Source: Octopus vulgaris
Taxonomy: Eukaryota
DNA: 64,000 nucleotides
NCBI GenBank assembly: GCA_951406725.2
Contig: OX597823.1
Span: 60,202,001-60,266,000 of the forward strand
Reading direction: 5' to 3'
Positions within the stretch are counted from its first letter, which is position 1, and every line of letters starts with the position of its first letter. The translations under genes were made by a program, and so were the position numbers. Positions 1 to 14,878 of the stretch are shown one piece after another. Below the pieces are notes generated by a model. That model ran no database searches. It was not told the origin of the DNA and saw only the letters and a list, made by a program, of their open reading frames with translations.

Positions 1-337
1 ATATTGTTAATTTCTAAACAGTGAGTTATGATTAAAATACAATATTATGCAAAATTCCATGGAAAAAACTGCATAGCTAGTAAAATATATATAATTTGCA
101 AAAGGAAGGGAATATTAATGAGAAAGAGGGAAAAAAATGGATCAAAGTTGAAAAGAAATGTCTGGAGTATGAATAACAAACAAGAAAATACTTTGATCCT
201 TCTTTGTTTGTTTGTTTCTTTTCTTTTCTTTTCTTTCTTTTAACAAATGATTTAACTGAGTAACAGTTTGAAGTTTTCTAAATGTGTTAGTGAATAAAAC
301 AATAAGTAACAAGTAATATCTAAAGAAATTTGTCATA

Positions 338-759
338 GGCATAGGAGTGGCTGTGTTGTATGTAGCTTGCTTACAAACCACATGGTTCTGGGTTCAGTCC
401 CACTGCATGACACCCAGGGGAAGTGTCTTCTACTATAGCCTTGGGCTGACCAAAGCCTTGTGAGTGGATATGTTAGATGGAAACTGAAAGAAGCCCTTCG
501 TATATATATATATATGTATGTATGTGTGTGTGTATATATGTTTGTGTCTGTGTTTGTACCCTTCAACATCGCTTGACAACTGATGCTGGTGTGATTACGT
601 CCCCGTAACTTAGCGGTTCAGCAAAAGAGACTGATAGAATAAGTACTAGGCTTACAAAGAATAAGTCCTGGGTTCGATTTGCTCGACTAAATGCGGTGCC
701 CCAGCATGGCCACAGTCAAATGACTGAAACAGGTAAAAGAGTAAAAGAGAGTAAAGAGT
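338..759 (+). mobile_element. SINE family A, full length (tRNA-derived head, internal TA/TG microsatellite, AAATGACTGAAAC-(AAAGAGT)n tail)
   Basis: A-box-like TGGCTGTGTTG, B-box-like GGTTCAGTCCC. Closely similar copies recur about 12 times in the window. Confidence 0.9.
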
Positions 760-1122
760 TCACCTCATGGTCCCAGAAAATTATATCAAAGTAGAGATAC
801 CCGTGCCAGTAGAATATATATAAAAACAAAAGACAGCTCTATTTAAAATCAAAAATACAGTAACTTAAAGAAAGAATGAATGCTAAATGGTAGTTATATT
901 ACTCAAATATAAAGATATACAAATGTAGGGGCATTGTCAAAAATGCTGTTAGGAATGAATATATGAATAAATAATCGAATACATATATGAGTGTGTGAGT
1001 GTATGACAATAGATATTTACTTGAATATGCATGTTTTAGTATTTAGTGCAAAATGGTTTCCACAGTTTAAAAGACTGTTGCAATTATTCAGGGTATACAT
1101 GCAAGTGTTGTGTGTATGTTTA

Positions 1123-1530
1123 TTCTTTTACTCTTTTACTTGTTTCAGTCATTTGACTGTAGCCATGCTGGAGCACCACCTTTAGTGGAGCAAATCGACC
1201 CCAGGACTTATTCTTTGTAAGCCTAGTACTTATTCTATCAGTCTCTTTTGCTGAACAGCTAAGTTATGGGGACGTAAACACACCAGCATTGGTTGTTAAG
1301 CGATGTTGGGGGGACAAACACAGACACACAAACATACACACACACACACATATATATACATATATACGACGGGCTTATTTTAGTTTCTGCCTACCAAATT
1401 CACTCACAAGGCTTTGGTCGACCTGAGACTATAGTAGAAGACACTTGCCCAAGGTGCCACACAGTGGAACTGAACCCGGAACCATGTGATTCGTAAGCAA
1501 GCTACTTACCACACAGCCACTCCTATGCCT
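1123..1530 (-). mobile_element. SINE family A, full length
   Basis: Reverse-complement match to 338-759. Confidence 0.9.
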
Positions 1531-2083
1531 GTGTATGTTTATGATATATCAATGCTTTAAAAATGTTGAAATGTTCTGAATGTTCTATATTGGCAAGAAG
1601 ATATGCATTCAAAAAGTTTGTTAAAGCATTCTGGCTTCACAAAAATGATTTCAAACCTTTCTTTTGTACAAAGATGTCAAGGTCTTTCGTTTTTGATTTT
1701 GTCTTTTTTTTTTCTTCCTTTTCCTTTTTACTCTTTCTGGCTTGTACAAAATTAGGCAACTGTAAACAAAAAGTTGTGAAAAATATTTTTACTTTTGATT
1801 TTTATATGAATTTGTAAAATGGATTGTTATTCTCTTTTCCTTGTAGAACATAAGAGAAGACTAGGAGTGTCTAAATCTGAAAATATTTGAGTGAGACTTA
1901 TAAATACTCTGGAAAAATGAATTTCTGCTATTACCTGGTATAGAGTATCTATAAATTTTCAGACAATTACTAAAATGGATGTAAATGCACTGCTGTTACT
2001 GAAATAAATGTATGGCTGGATGTGATTCAGACTGGTTGGAATTAGTAAGGCTTTCTGTAAAATTTGTTGTTGAATTCAAAATT

Positions 2084-2230
2084 TTAATTTAAATATTTTA
2101 TAGTATTTGTCTTAGAAGGGAATATTTTCTTAATAGGATAATGAAAATTTTCACAACTTGTGTGGTGTGGGTGATTAGACCAAATAGTTTTTCTTTTTTT
2201 TGTTAGCACTTCTAGCCTTATTGATATCTT
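2084..2230 (-). pseudogene. Penelope-like element ORF relic (RT-endonuclease linker region)
   Basis: KKRKTIWSNHPH...IKKIFPS plus frameshifted KYYKIF resemble the PLE motif RKRKIIWFNPP...IDKHFP..HKYHKIF as recalled. Confidence 0.45.
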
Positions 2231-2654
2231 GTGTACAGTTAATTTTCTCCTGGAATCTTCCACATATTGCATCATGATTATAAAAGCTCAAAGAATCCTT
2301 AAAGATTTGTATAAAAACTCAAAGAATCCTTAAAGATTTGTTAATTTACAGTGATGTTATTATGAAGTACAATCTTTCGTTCCTATCATCTGTAGCAACA
2401 CTAGTCAGGAAAATATTCTTTACCCTATTAAAGAATCATTTCCTCACACAACAAAAACACTGCACAACATTTAACAAAAATAAAACATTAAAATTCAATA
2501 CTTAAGAATGCCAAATTTTTCACAAAACTTTGCCAATTCCAGCTAATATGAATCAACTTCTACATAATTTTATTACCAGCAGTTGCAATTTCATTTACTC
2601 TAACAACACAGACCATTAGACAGTAAATGCTAGGGAAGTGTAAAAGAAAATAAA

Positions 2655-2903
2655 TGCGCCCTTTTTAAAGCCTAGCAAGGCACATGGGCCCAGTTTCACG
2701 GTTTCTATGGCGTATGTGTTCCCCAGCTGGACGGGACGCCAGTCCATTGCAGGATTACTCATTTTTGCCAGCTGACTGGACTGGAGCAATGTGAAATGAA
2801 GTGTTTAGCTCAAGAACACAATGTGTCGCCCGGTCCAGGAATCGAAACCACAATCTTACAATTATGATACTGACACCCTAACCACTAAGCCACGCACCTC
2901 CAC
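2655..2903 (-). mobile_element. tRNA-derived SINE family D (CORE-like body plus C-type tail)
   Basis: Head GTGGCTTAGTGGTTAGGGTG..GGTTTCGATTCC, body TGTGTTCTTGAGC..CAGCTGGCAAAAATGAGTA, tail shared with 4561-4871. Confidence 0.8.
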
Positions 2904-3184
2904 CCAGGTAAGTGTAGACACTAATAACCTTTTTTGAGGGCATAAAAATAATCTGAGACTGAATCATTTCTGAATTCAAATACCATCTGTATATCCATAC
3001 TGTCTGCAATTAAAATAGAAGTAATACCATTCCGGTTTATATCCTTAGAACTGAATGCTAACTGTAATTCATCTTTGATGAAGTGTATGAGTGTTGCAAT
3101 ATTCTTCTTGTATTTTGCACTCTGAGTTTAAATCTGAGGTCAACTTTGCCTTTCACTCTTTTGCAGTCAATATATACAGTATTG

Positions 3185-3400
3185 ATAAGCTAGCAGAATC
3201 ACTAGCATACTGGGCAAAATGCTCAGTGGAATTTCATCCATCTTTACATTCTGGGTTCAAACTCTGTTGAGGTTGACTTTGTCTTTCATCCTTTTTGAGT
3301 TCGACAAAATTAGTACTAATTGAGCACTGGTGTAGATGTAATCGACTTACCTCCCTTCCCCTGAAATTGATGGCCTTGTTACAAAATTTGAAACCAATAT
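3185..3400 (+). mobile_element. SINE family B, degenerate
   Basis: GCAGAATCACTAGCA..GGGTTCAAACTC..CTTTCATCCTTT..AGTAC motif chain shared with 7160-7577. Confidence 0.7.
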
Positions 3401-4457
3401 CTACAGTATCAATCAAGTACAAATACAGTCCTCTCTCCCTCTAAATTTTATACCCTCTAACTTTCATGATAGAAGCAAAAGGGTGGCCCTCTTTATTAGC
3501 AACTATATGGGCACTAAAAAAAACGTTGACTAAACCGTGGTACATTCTGATAGAAAGCTTTTCTTGTTTGCAAGAGACAGCCATTAGCAAATATACTTTC
3601 TTTAGCTTTATATATATATTTTTTATAAAGATTTGAGGGGGAAGGGTTCCATATATTCATCAGATCTACATATTTCCAATCTGTTGTACATTTTAAATTT
3701 GCATCATTCTTCTTTGCCTTTGCTCATTAATTTCCTTCCTTTCCTTTTTAATTATTCAGTTTTTGTTTTAATCATACAGATTTTTCCATAGTAAACTTTT
3801 AATGCATTAATTAATTTTACCTTTTACTTGCACTAAATTTTATCAAAACCCCGGTTTCTTTTTCTGTATTTCAAATTTAACTTAAAACACAAAAATATTC
3901 CATATTACACATGATTATATTGTATAACGACAGTATTCATCTACAAGTACATTATATTCATTTCCCTTTCTGAAAAAAAAAAATACTCCTCTACCTATCA
4001 CAAATCTAACATTCACCTAATTTCTTCTTCCCTCCATACTCTACTGAACCGATATACCAAAACCATGTGATTGTAATCTAAACCACACCCATCATGTTTA
4101 TAGAGCTTGCTCTTCCCTGCATAAGATCACAGATATTAAAACAACACCCTTACGATTAGAATCACATATCTCTTTCTAACAGTAAATCAATATTTTGATA
4201 ACACACCTTGTTACTATAATTCAAACAAATCACTAACAACTGTATTTGTTTTGTACACTATGTTCCATTACATCAACTGTCTTTTACAAAATAATTTATA
4301 TCTTGCACTCTTACATGAATGTCTCTACTATACTTTAATTAATTATACACACACACATACACACACATTGAAACTGTTTATTATCTGATGTATAAACCAT
4401 AACAATATTGAATCTCATTCCTGTGATTTCTTGCTATTGTCAACAATTTTGTTATAT

Positions 4458-5510
4458 ACAAGGTACATTCCAGAAGTTTTGAGACGTTTTTCTTAGGAGA
4501 GGCAGTTATAACTGTCTTAGGTCATTGCAGTTTTAATAATTTCAGTACATCATTACTATAGTTGAGGCGCAATGGCCCAGTGGTTAGGGCACCGGACTCG
4601 TGGTCGGAGGATCGCGGTTTCGATTCCCAGACTGACGTTGTGTGTGTTTATTGAGCGAAAACACCTAAAAGAGCTCCACGAGGCTCCGGCAGGGGGTGGT
4701 GATGACCCCTGATGTACTCTTTCGCTACAACTTTCTCTCACTCTCTCTTTCTGTTTCTTGAGTAATGCTGCGATGGACTGGCATCCCATCCAGCTGGGGA
4801 GAACACATACGCCACAGAAGCCAGGAAACTGGGCCCATGAACCTGGCTAGGCTTGAAAAGAGCAACGTTATATCATTACTATACACTGAATAAGGAGATG
4901 GCTGTAAAACCATTTTGAATACATTCTGCTAAACAGTGCGTGTCACAGCTGACTAGTTTGCAGAATGCAGTCAGATCATGAAGACAATCTGGAAGCTCTC
5001 TATGTAATAGAGCTCTCTATGTAGTAAACTGGACGAAAATGCTACAGAAACTTAGGAAATGCTCCAGACTACTTATAGATTAACTTGTATGAGCCAAAGA
5101 TTTGTTTCTCACTGGCACAAGAGGTTCAAAAACAGTAGAGAGAATATGAGAGACAATGAGAAATGTTTAAGAGAAAAGGGAGTCAGAACATCAGAACTGG
5201 GTAAGAAAATTCTGTTTTCTACATGAAGACTGTCATGTGTCTCTAAAGAAAATAAGCACACAGTTTGCAGTTGGTGTAGTAACTGTATACAGAATTATTC
5301 ATGAAGATCTGAAGTAGGCCAAAAATTTGTAAAAAGTTTGTTCTCAGGGTGTTCAGTGACAAATGGAAGACAAAGATGTACTAGTGACAATAGGGTGATG
5401 GTTGAGCTCATTATCACCAATCCATGAGTACTTGAATCTCTGGAGACCTATGACAAAAGGTTGCTCTACTGTTATGACTAAGAGACAGAATGCTGAAAGG
5501 AAGTATCCTA
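4458..5510 (+). mobile_element. Decayed mariner transposon, interrupted by a SINE at 4561-4871
   Basis: Translation with stops and shifts gives ENATET*EMLQTTY..SHWHKRFKNSRENMRD..RIIHEDLK..KFVLRVFS..ETYDKRLLYCYD*ET, matching mariner HTH, WVPR-like and TGDE..YD motifs. Confidence 0.8.
4561..4871 (+). mobile_element. SINE family C with 12-bp target site duplication
   Basis: tRNA-like head GGCGCAATGGCCCAGTGGTTAGGG..GGTTTCGATTCCC and body GCGATGGACTGGCATCCCATCCAG. ATCATTACTATA is duplicated at 4549-4560 and 4872-4883. Confidence 0.9.
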
Positions 5511-5520
5511 GCTCCTCCAG

Positions 5521-5771
5521 ACTGTGTGTGTATATGTTTGTATGTGGATATGTTTGTATGTTTGTGTGTATATGTTTGTGTGTCTGTGTTTGTCCCCCCA
5601 ACATCACTTTACAACCGATGCTGGTGTGTTTACATCCCTGTAACTTAGCAGTTTGGCAAAAGAGACCGATAGAATAAGTACTAGGCTTACAAAGAATAAG
5701 TCCTGGGGGTTGATTTGCTTGACTAAAGGCAGTGCTTCAGCATGGCCACAGTAAAAGAAAGAGTAAGAGTA
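5521..5771 (+). mobile_element. SINE family A, 3' half
   Basis: Matches about 520-759. Confidence 0.85.
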
Positions 5772-6439
5772 ATTGTTTCCTTCATTCCATTTAATTTATC
5801 CCTTACCCCTAAAATTATATTATAAATTCCAAATATAAACATTCTCCCATAAAATATATATACCCAGACACCTTTATTATATATAATCTTATTTTTATTA
5901 GAAATTGAGGCTTCTTCAATAATTACTCATGTTCTCAATTATTCAAATGAATGATAATAATTAAGCAAAAATATTTGTAAATACCAATGATTAGCTATCA
6001 TGATTTAATTGGCTGCCAAATAATCATTAGAATATGCATTATAAATTTATCAATTCAATTATTATATGTAGAAAAACTTATTTTGTTATATGTCAAAAGG
6101 GTCATTATGCTAATAATAAACACATGCACTGGTCTTCTTTCACTTCTTTTATTATTATTAATCAATTAGTCAACCAATTAACTATTTGATTATTTGATTA
6201 ATCATTCAGTTAATCAATCAGTCAGGTTTGTCAAAGTCATTTCATCATCATTAATATCTTCATCAATAACATGCCCTCTCAACTCCAGGTCTATTTCAGG
6301 TATTCATCTAATCTTTTTAAACAGGTAATATTTTTTTGTTTCAGTATTATATTGGTCGAATGCATGGAAGCAAGGAAATGGCTATTGTGTACATAATTCT
6401 CATGATACTGAAAAACTGAAAAGTTTTTTTGACCAATTG

Positions 6440-6636
6440 GTATTTGGAAATTATTAAATAAATATCAATAGAAGTGTCTGCAAGAATCTACAAATGTATT
6501 CTGATCTTTTGTTCAAAGTAATAAAGGTTTATATAGCAATTAATGTAGACAGATATCTGATCGCGAATGGGCTCATTGATTTTGTAATTGTGAAAGTTAT
6601 CATCTTTTAAGCTCCAGATATATTTTAATAGGTCCT
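6440..6636 (-). pseudogene. Penelope-like GIY-YIG C-terminal relic (inverted copy)
   Basis: LLKYIWSLKDDNFHNYKINEPIRDQISVYINC..EQKIRI resembles PLE LSKYIWxLKD..YxIxWxI..Y..CxLCxxEK. Confidence 0.55.
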
Positions 6637-7015
6637 GTGGTGTCTTCCTGTAGAAAATATACATACCTGCCAAATGGATTCTGTATTCAGCATGCATTAA
6701 ATATGAAGTGGAGGTTAAATCAACAAGACCAGAAATTTGGTGCCACCCTGAACCTCTGTACTGGTATGACAGAAAAGACATTCAAAGAAGCATCTTACAA
6801 ACATAGCTCTTCATTCAAATATACTAGTATACAAAGTGCATTGAGGTTTTTCACTAACATCTGGCCTCTAAATCAAAAAAGTTGCAAACTAAAATAACAA
6901 CAAAAGGAGCATATAAATTCCAGCAAAAAATGTAGCTTCTGCCTTCTGGAGAAAAAAAACTGAACCTGAAAAACTTACTGAAGCCAGGGATGTATCTAAA
7001 TATCAAGTCGAAGGT
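6637..7015 (+). pseudogene. Penelope-like GIY-YIG endonuclease relic
   Basis: CRKYTYLPNGFCIQ..CTGMTEKTFKEASYKHSSSF..TNIWPL then KKCSFCLLEKK, matching the PLE pattern CPLxGxC..GxTExxFKxRYxxHxSSF..IWxLK..KCxLCLxEK. Confidence 0.7.
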
Positions 7016-7159
7016 ATTCAGTAAAATTTAAACACTTTGATTATTTGATATTACAAAACTGAGCACAGTATCACTAAATGAAACATGCAAACTTGAAAGG
7101 AGAGTCAGTGGATGCAAAATTCCAAATATGTACTTTCCTTTTTCACTATTCTCTATTGT

Positions 7160-7577
7160 AAGGTGGTGAGCTGGCATAAACATTAGCACGCCAGGCAACA
7201 TGCTTAGCGGTATTTTGTCTGCCATTATGTTCTGAGTTCAAATTCCGCCGAGGTCGACTTTGCCTTTCATCCCTTCAGGGTAGATAAATTAAGTACCATT
7301 TACACACTGAGTGTCAATGTAATCGACTTAATCCCTTTGTCTGTCCTTGTTTGCCCTCTCTATGTTTAGCCCCTTGTGGGCAATAAAGAAATAAGAAACA
7401 TTAGCACGCCAGGTATTTCGTCTGTCTTCACATTCTGAGTTCAAATTCTGCCAAGGTTTACTTTACCTTTCATTCTTTCGGGGTTGATAAACTAAGTACC
7501 AGTTGTGTACTGGGGTCGATCTAATCAACTGGTCCCCTCCCCAAAAATTTCGGGCCTTGCACCTCGAGTAGAAAAGA
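7160..7577 (+). mobile_element. Dimeric SINE family B
   Basis: Two tandem monomers, each with GAGTTCAAATTC and CCTTTCAT..GGG..GATAAA..AAGTACCA, carrying different tails. Confidence 0.85.
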
Positions 7578-7906
7578 GCCCATAATATTTTAAAATATAG
7601 GAATAATCTCTTTTGGTTTCACTTTAGATTTTCAAAAGAGTATAGTATATGGATCTGTGTCATGAATTATGTCTAGTCAGGCCATTGTTATAAAAATAGT
7701 TGATGTTTAAAGTAGCAATGTGCTCAAAACATTGTCTGTAAACAGAAATTGATTGGTCAACGTTTATGTATTAAGCTCATTCATCAACAACACAAGAAGG
7801 TCATATAGAAGCTTTTCTCCATTGAATATATATATATATAAATATATATATATATATTGAGAGAGAGAGAGACCAAAGTGTACGTACGCTGCTATATATA
7901 TATATA

Positions 7907-8060
7907 AAAATACAAACTGGGACGACAAAACATCCAGATAGACAATACAAATAAAACAACGACGGATCATTCGAAGTTTTCTTTCCTCAGTCAAGTACCA
8001 GATTCTTTTCACAATTTTGGCTGATTATGATGTTTTGCGTTCTTGTCACATTTTGTATTT
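7907..8060 (-). mobile_element. Short element between (TA)n tracts with imperfect terminal inverted segments
   Basis: AAATACAAACTGGGAC..AAAACATC at the left mirrors GATGTTTT..GTCACATTTTGTATTT at the right. The minus strand contains CTGAGGA-AAG-AAAA-CTT-CGAA. Confidence 0.5.
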
Positions 8061-8135
8061 TTATATATATATATATATCTATATATATATATATATATGT
8101 ATGTATATATATATGTATATATGTATATATATGTT

Positions 8136-8175
<40 letters not shown>

Positions 8176-8182
8176 AACATAT

Positions 8183-8223
<41 letters not shown>

Positions 8224-8640
8224 CATTTATAACTGAAAAATTTCTTGCACCTTCCAATTTCATGTTAGAGCCAACAATCATCAGCAAGACAAAATATGAT
8301 AAAGAAAAGAAGTGAATTTTCAAAGTAATTAGGACACTATTGTTGTTGCTGTTGGAGGAATTTAAATGATGTTGAAAATTCATCAAAGTTGATTAACTCA
8401 GACAAAGACTGTCTTTAAACTATTTTGAATATCATACTAAATTTATTATATACTACAAATGCTGGATAAAGTATAAATCCTGATGATTCAAGGAATTCTC
8501 AATTGAATTTATCCATATATTTACCTGTAATAAGTTCTACATTACAGCATGCTCCCTCTTTATATTATGCATTGAAATAACATTTTTACACACTCTCAGA
8601 CCAAACACATATATGTGCGCATGTGCTGGCACCTGCATGT

Positions 8641-8676
<36 letters not shown>

Positions 8677-9257
8677 ACATGCATTGTTTTACTTTGGTTT
8701 TAAATTCTTTATAAAGAAAATCATTTTAATTTAATTTTTTTTTTCCTGGGGATGGGGTTGGTGGAAACGGGGCTGATTAAAAGTCATCAAAGAATGAATG
8801 TCTGTGCTCTTACTTAGCAAAGACAGAATCGTTAGGAATTCAAAGATGATAATATAATTATTTTTAAAATTAGGCCTGAAGGATTAAAGTTATATGGTAT
8901 TCCTTAAAATGAGAATTTGTGGTGATCAGGTTATTCGTTAGCACAGTAAACAAAGCTATTTCAGTAAACAAAAAAAAAAGTGTGTGTTTCTGAAGTCCAA
9001 AAATTTATCACAAAAAAAAATTAAATCAATACAATAAAATATTTTAATTTAATTATCAAAATCTAACAATGTAAAAAGAGTGAAGACATGGAAACAGGAG
9101 AAAGTTAAAGCTGTGCCAGATTTCTTCCGCTCAAACAGTTTTACCATTATTTTTTATTTTTCCGTAATATCTCCAAAAGCATGCAAATCCCTCTCCAAAT
9201 CCAACTACATTGTTATATATATATGTGTGTGTGTATGTGTGTGTGTGTGTGAGACCC

Positions 9258-9418
9258 CGTGTGTATCGTTGGCGATTTTCTTTTTCTGTCTTCCCTTCCT
9301 TGGATCTTTCCTTTTTCTATGTTTCTTTCTTTCCTTTCCTGAGCCTCCCAATAACACTATACTTGTTCCACGTCCTCACGTTGTTTTGCTTTCTCTTTGT
9401 TCATGTTTGGATTAATTA
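9258..9418 (+). mobile_element. Internally deleted copy of the 31815-32003 element
   Basis: Shares TCTGTCTTCCCTT..GGATCTTT..CTATGTTTC and TTCCTGAGC..CAATAA..TTGTTCCACGTCCTC but lacks the ribozyme-like core. Confidence 0.7.
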
Positions 9419-9438
9419 TATATATATATATATATATA

Positions 9439-11068
<1,630 letters not shown>

Positions 11069-11119
11069 ACAAACACATATAGATATATGTATGTGTGCAT
11101 ATATAGGGATATATCAACA

Positions 11120-11396
11120 TCATTGTTTAATGTACAATTTCCAATGAATTCCTAGGTCAAATGGAGTTTATTGGTTTACTCAGGTAGGTTTCCTATTGCC
11201 AGATGCCCTTTCTGTCACCAACCCTTACCTGTTTTTAACAAAGGTAATGTTTCTTTATCACTGGAACATATTTTTGCAGAATACTGGAAACAAACGATGC
11301 TGAGATACTCATTTATATAAGTGTGTGTGACATACAATGTCAAGACAAGAAAACGCAAGCATACTCTTCACACTCTATCACTCTCTCTCTCCCATG

Positions 11397-11430
<34 letters not shown>

Positions 11431-11555
11431 TGGCTATGGTCACTTTGGGACTACAGTAGAAAACACTTGCTGAAGGTGGCACAAAGTAGGACTGAACCAC
11501 AAACCATATGGTTGGGAAGTAAACATTGTATTTGCACACCCATTCCCATGCCAAT
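11120..11555 (-). mobile_element. SINE with A-type head and RTE-type tail, degenerate
   Basis: A-head remnant at about 11430-11555 and GGTTGGTGACAGAAAGGGCATCTGGC..TTAAACAATGATG tail. Confidence 0.6.
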
Positions 11556-11574
11556 CTATCTATCTAGATAAAAC

Positions 11575-11830
11575 TTACTTGGAAAAGGATGCGTGGCATT
11601 CGATCATATAATAATAAAAACATATGTATATATACATACATATATGTACATACCTACATATATATGTATATATACATGCATATATGGGTACAGGACATCG
11701 AAAAACGTTGAACACAACGAAAACATAAAAACAAAAACATAGAAACAAACTTTTTTTCGAACAACGTAAAAACAAACAGAGGAACGAGACATGCAACATA
11801 AAGAATATTCCCCTTCTTCAGTTGTCCCTA
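11575..11830 (-). mobile_element. Short interspersed element, same family as 15022-15260
   Basis: Shared CAACTGAAGAAGGGGAAT..TTGTGTTCAACG..GTCCTGTACCCATATATGC. Confidence 0.7.
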
Positions 11831-12019
11831 AGTGGACTGGAGCAACGTGAAATAAAGTCTCTTGCTCAAGGACATAATGCGTTGCTGGGAATCGAACTCA
11901 CAACCTTACAATCATGAGCTGAATGCCCTAACCACTAAGCCACGTGCCCTCACTACACTCATATACATGATAACACACAGATACATACATACACACACAG
12001 ATAATCACACATGCACACT

Positions 12020-13110
12020 CCTACCATTTTATTGACCCTGAAAGGATGTAAGGCAAAGTTGATCTAAGCAGAATTTGAACTCAGAATATAAAGACAGAGG
12101 AAATGCTGCCCTGCATTTTACCCAGCATGCTAATGATTCTGCCAATTTGCTGCCTTAAAGAATCATTAAATATTTTTTCTACTATAGGCACTAGGTCTGA
12201 AATTTTGAGAACAGGGGCTAGTCAAATGTATCACCTACCAGTATTCAACTGAGAGCTATTTTATCGACCCTGAAAGGATGAGAGATAAGGTCACCCTCAG
12301 CAGAATTTGAACTCAGATTATAAAGATGAGCAAAATGCCACTAAGCATTTTACCTAGTGTATTAATGCTTCTGCCATGTCGCTGCTTTAAAGATCCATTA
12401 AATATTGGTTTCAAATATTGGGAGAAGGCCAGCAATTTCAGTTGGGGTGGTAATTTGATTACATCAATACCAGTGTTCAACTGGTGATCATTTTATCAAT
12501 CCCAAGAGGATGAAGAGCAAAGTCAACCTAAGCAGAATTTGAACTCAGAACATAAAGATGGACAAAATGCTGCTATATTTCTTGCCCAGCATGCTAACAA
12601 TTCAACTAGCTCACTCCCTTAAAAAGTCATTAGACATTGATTTCAAATTTTGGCACAAGGCCAGCAAGTTCAGACGTAGTGGGTAAGTTGAGTACATTGA
12701 CACAAGTGTCTAACTCATATTTATTTTATCAACCCTGGAAAGATGAAAGGCAAAGTTGGCCTTGGTGGAATTTGAACTCAGAATGCAAAGACAAAAAAAG
12801 AAATGCCACTAAGAATTTTGCCTGGGTTGCTTAATGAATCTGCCAATTCACTGCCTGGAAGTGTTATTAAATATTGCAAATGATTTTGTCCAACGCCCTG
12901 ATTATGCCAGACTACTGTTTTACATATTAATCCTGATTTCTAATATTTGATGACGGTCTTGAATTTGGGAGAAGGATATATGTCAACCCTAAGAAGGATA
13001 AAGCATGCAGTTACCCTCAGCTGGATTTGAACACAGAATGTGAAGGACTATAACTAAACACTGTGAATCATTTTGTTCAATGTTCTAATGATTCTGCTAA
13101 TCCATCATCT
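12020..13110 (-). mobile_element. Head-to-tail array of about 5 degenerate family B SINEs
   Basis: GAATTTGAACTCAGA and AAGGATG..GGCAAAGT recur about every 240 bp. Confidence 0.8.
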
Positions 13111-13386
13111 CTTTTCTAAATATTAATACTTAACAAAAATTTATGGTTTAAATATACATCCTCTCCTAATATTTACATCCAAGAATTTCAGAACTTATTG
13201 ACTTTGAAATAAAATAAATATGGCAAAATTCTTTAATAAATAATAAAAACAACAATTGCAATAAAAAAAAAAGAAAACAAGGTAAATTTCTCTTTCTGAA
13301 TATATTATGGCACCGGATTTAATAGCTTCTATTATTTTTATATCGAAGTCTGTGTTCTGAAGGTAAAAGATATACATACATACATA

Positions 13387-13430
<44 letters not shown>

Positions 13431-14660
13431 CATACACACACACACATATATTTATGCGTGTATGTGTGTGTGTATATATATATAGTTTGGAACAAAGACT
13501 ATTGACAGACTTTGAAGCATACTAAAATATTCTCTTTTTAGTTTAAAACTGAAATTGAGTAGAAACCATCTTTGAAGAATAATGATATCTTTGGGAATAG
13601 ATGAATAAGGCTGGATGTCACTCAGTTTTCAAAATATAACTTAACATCAAACAATTATTTTTGAACATTGTGTATCGTTCAAAAGGACTTACTTAAATTA
13701 TTCAGGATGGCTTTCATGTTTAGATAGATACCTCACAATATAACTATTCATCATGGCCGATAGGAAAAAATAAAAAACTCCCACAAAAAACACAAACAAT
13801 AAAAAAACAATGCATTCTTAATAAAATCACATTAGGTTCTCTCTATGTGTGAAATAAGCAGGAAACTCAATGAATCATTCTCTAGTTGTATGTATGTTTT
13901 TCCTCTTCTCCTCCTCATCTCCCCTTCCTCTTTTCGCTCTCCTACCTGCACCATCACAGCTTGCGGTTTACTTCCAAATTCATTTCTTGCCTCTGTTACC
14001 CTGTTTGAACCATCAAATCAGCTAACAGTGGAGAAAGACTAAGAGAAAGAGATAAAAAGAGAAAGAGAGAGTAGGGGCAGAGAGAGAGAGAGAGAAGGAG
14101 AGTAAGGGAAGAAAGTGAGGGAGAAAGAAAGAAGGTGTGAGAGAGAGAGAGAGAGAGGTAGAAAGAGAGCAAAAGTGAGAGATGGGAAGGGCAGAACAAA
14201 AAATTTAAAAGAAGTGCATTTGTATCCATATTTGCTAATTTACCATGTATTAATGTGCCTCAATACTCTGGTCCCCTCTAAAGCACCTTTTTAATTGTTT
14301 AAAAAGTTATCAAAATACTCGTTTATATACGCACACTCACATATATATGTAAAACAGCAATAAATGTCAATAAGATATTTATCCAACCAAACAAAGATTT
14401 AAGTATTGGAAAAAGCAACAGACAAGCTCCAGAGGGAGAAAGGAGATAACAATGTTTTAAACGAAAGCAACAAAACAGAAGATCAGGAATAGAAAATAAG
14501 AAGCAAAAAGAAAAAAGAAAAGAAAAAAAGGAGGCCAAATCATATTGTGTATGAAAAAAAGAAAAAAACTTTCAAAATCTAGTTTTTTTGTGTTGTCAAT
14601 GCCTCTGTTATTATTTATATATATATATAGAATTGTTTTTTGTTTGTCCGTGATGATAAT

Positions 14661-14704
<44 letters not shown>

Positions 14705-14878
14705 GAGAGAGAGGGAATAAAATCCAGGATATGTAATATCTATCAGCATTCACATGCATAGAGCATAGCTAAACTAAAAACCAATCAAGAGTGTTATACA
14801 ATACTAACTACTGTTAGCAAGTTATGTAAATATTTGAATAAACTCTGTTGTACAATAAAATGTGTGTGTGTGCATGTG

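Noticed and set aside
4561-4635. tRNA-like heads of SINE families C and D as tRNA genes
   Set aside because: They continue into SINE bodies, lack complete acceptor stems and are flanked by TSDs.
8230-8386. Minus ORF start [40 protein letters not shown] resembling a signal anchor
   Set aside because: No convincing splice donor before it runs into a TA microsatellite, and no recognisable homology.
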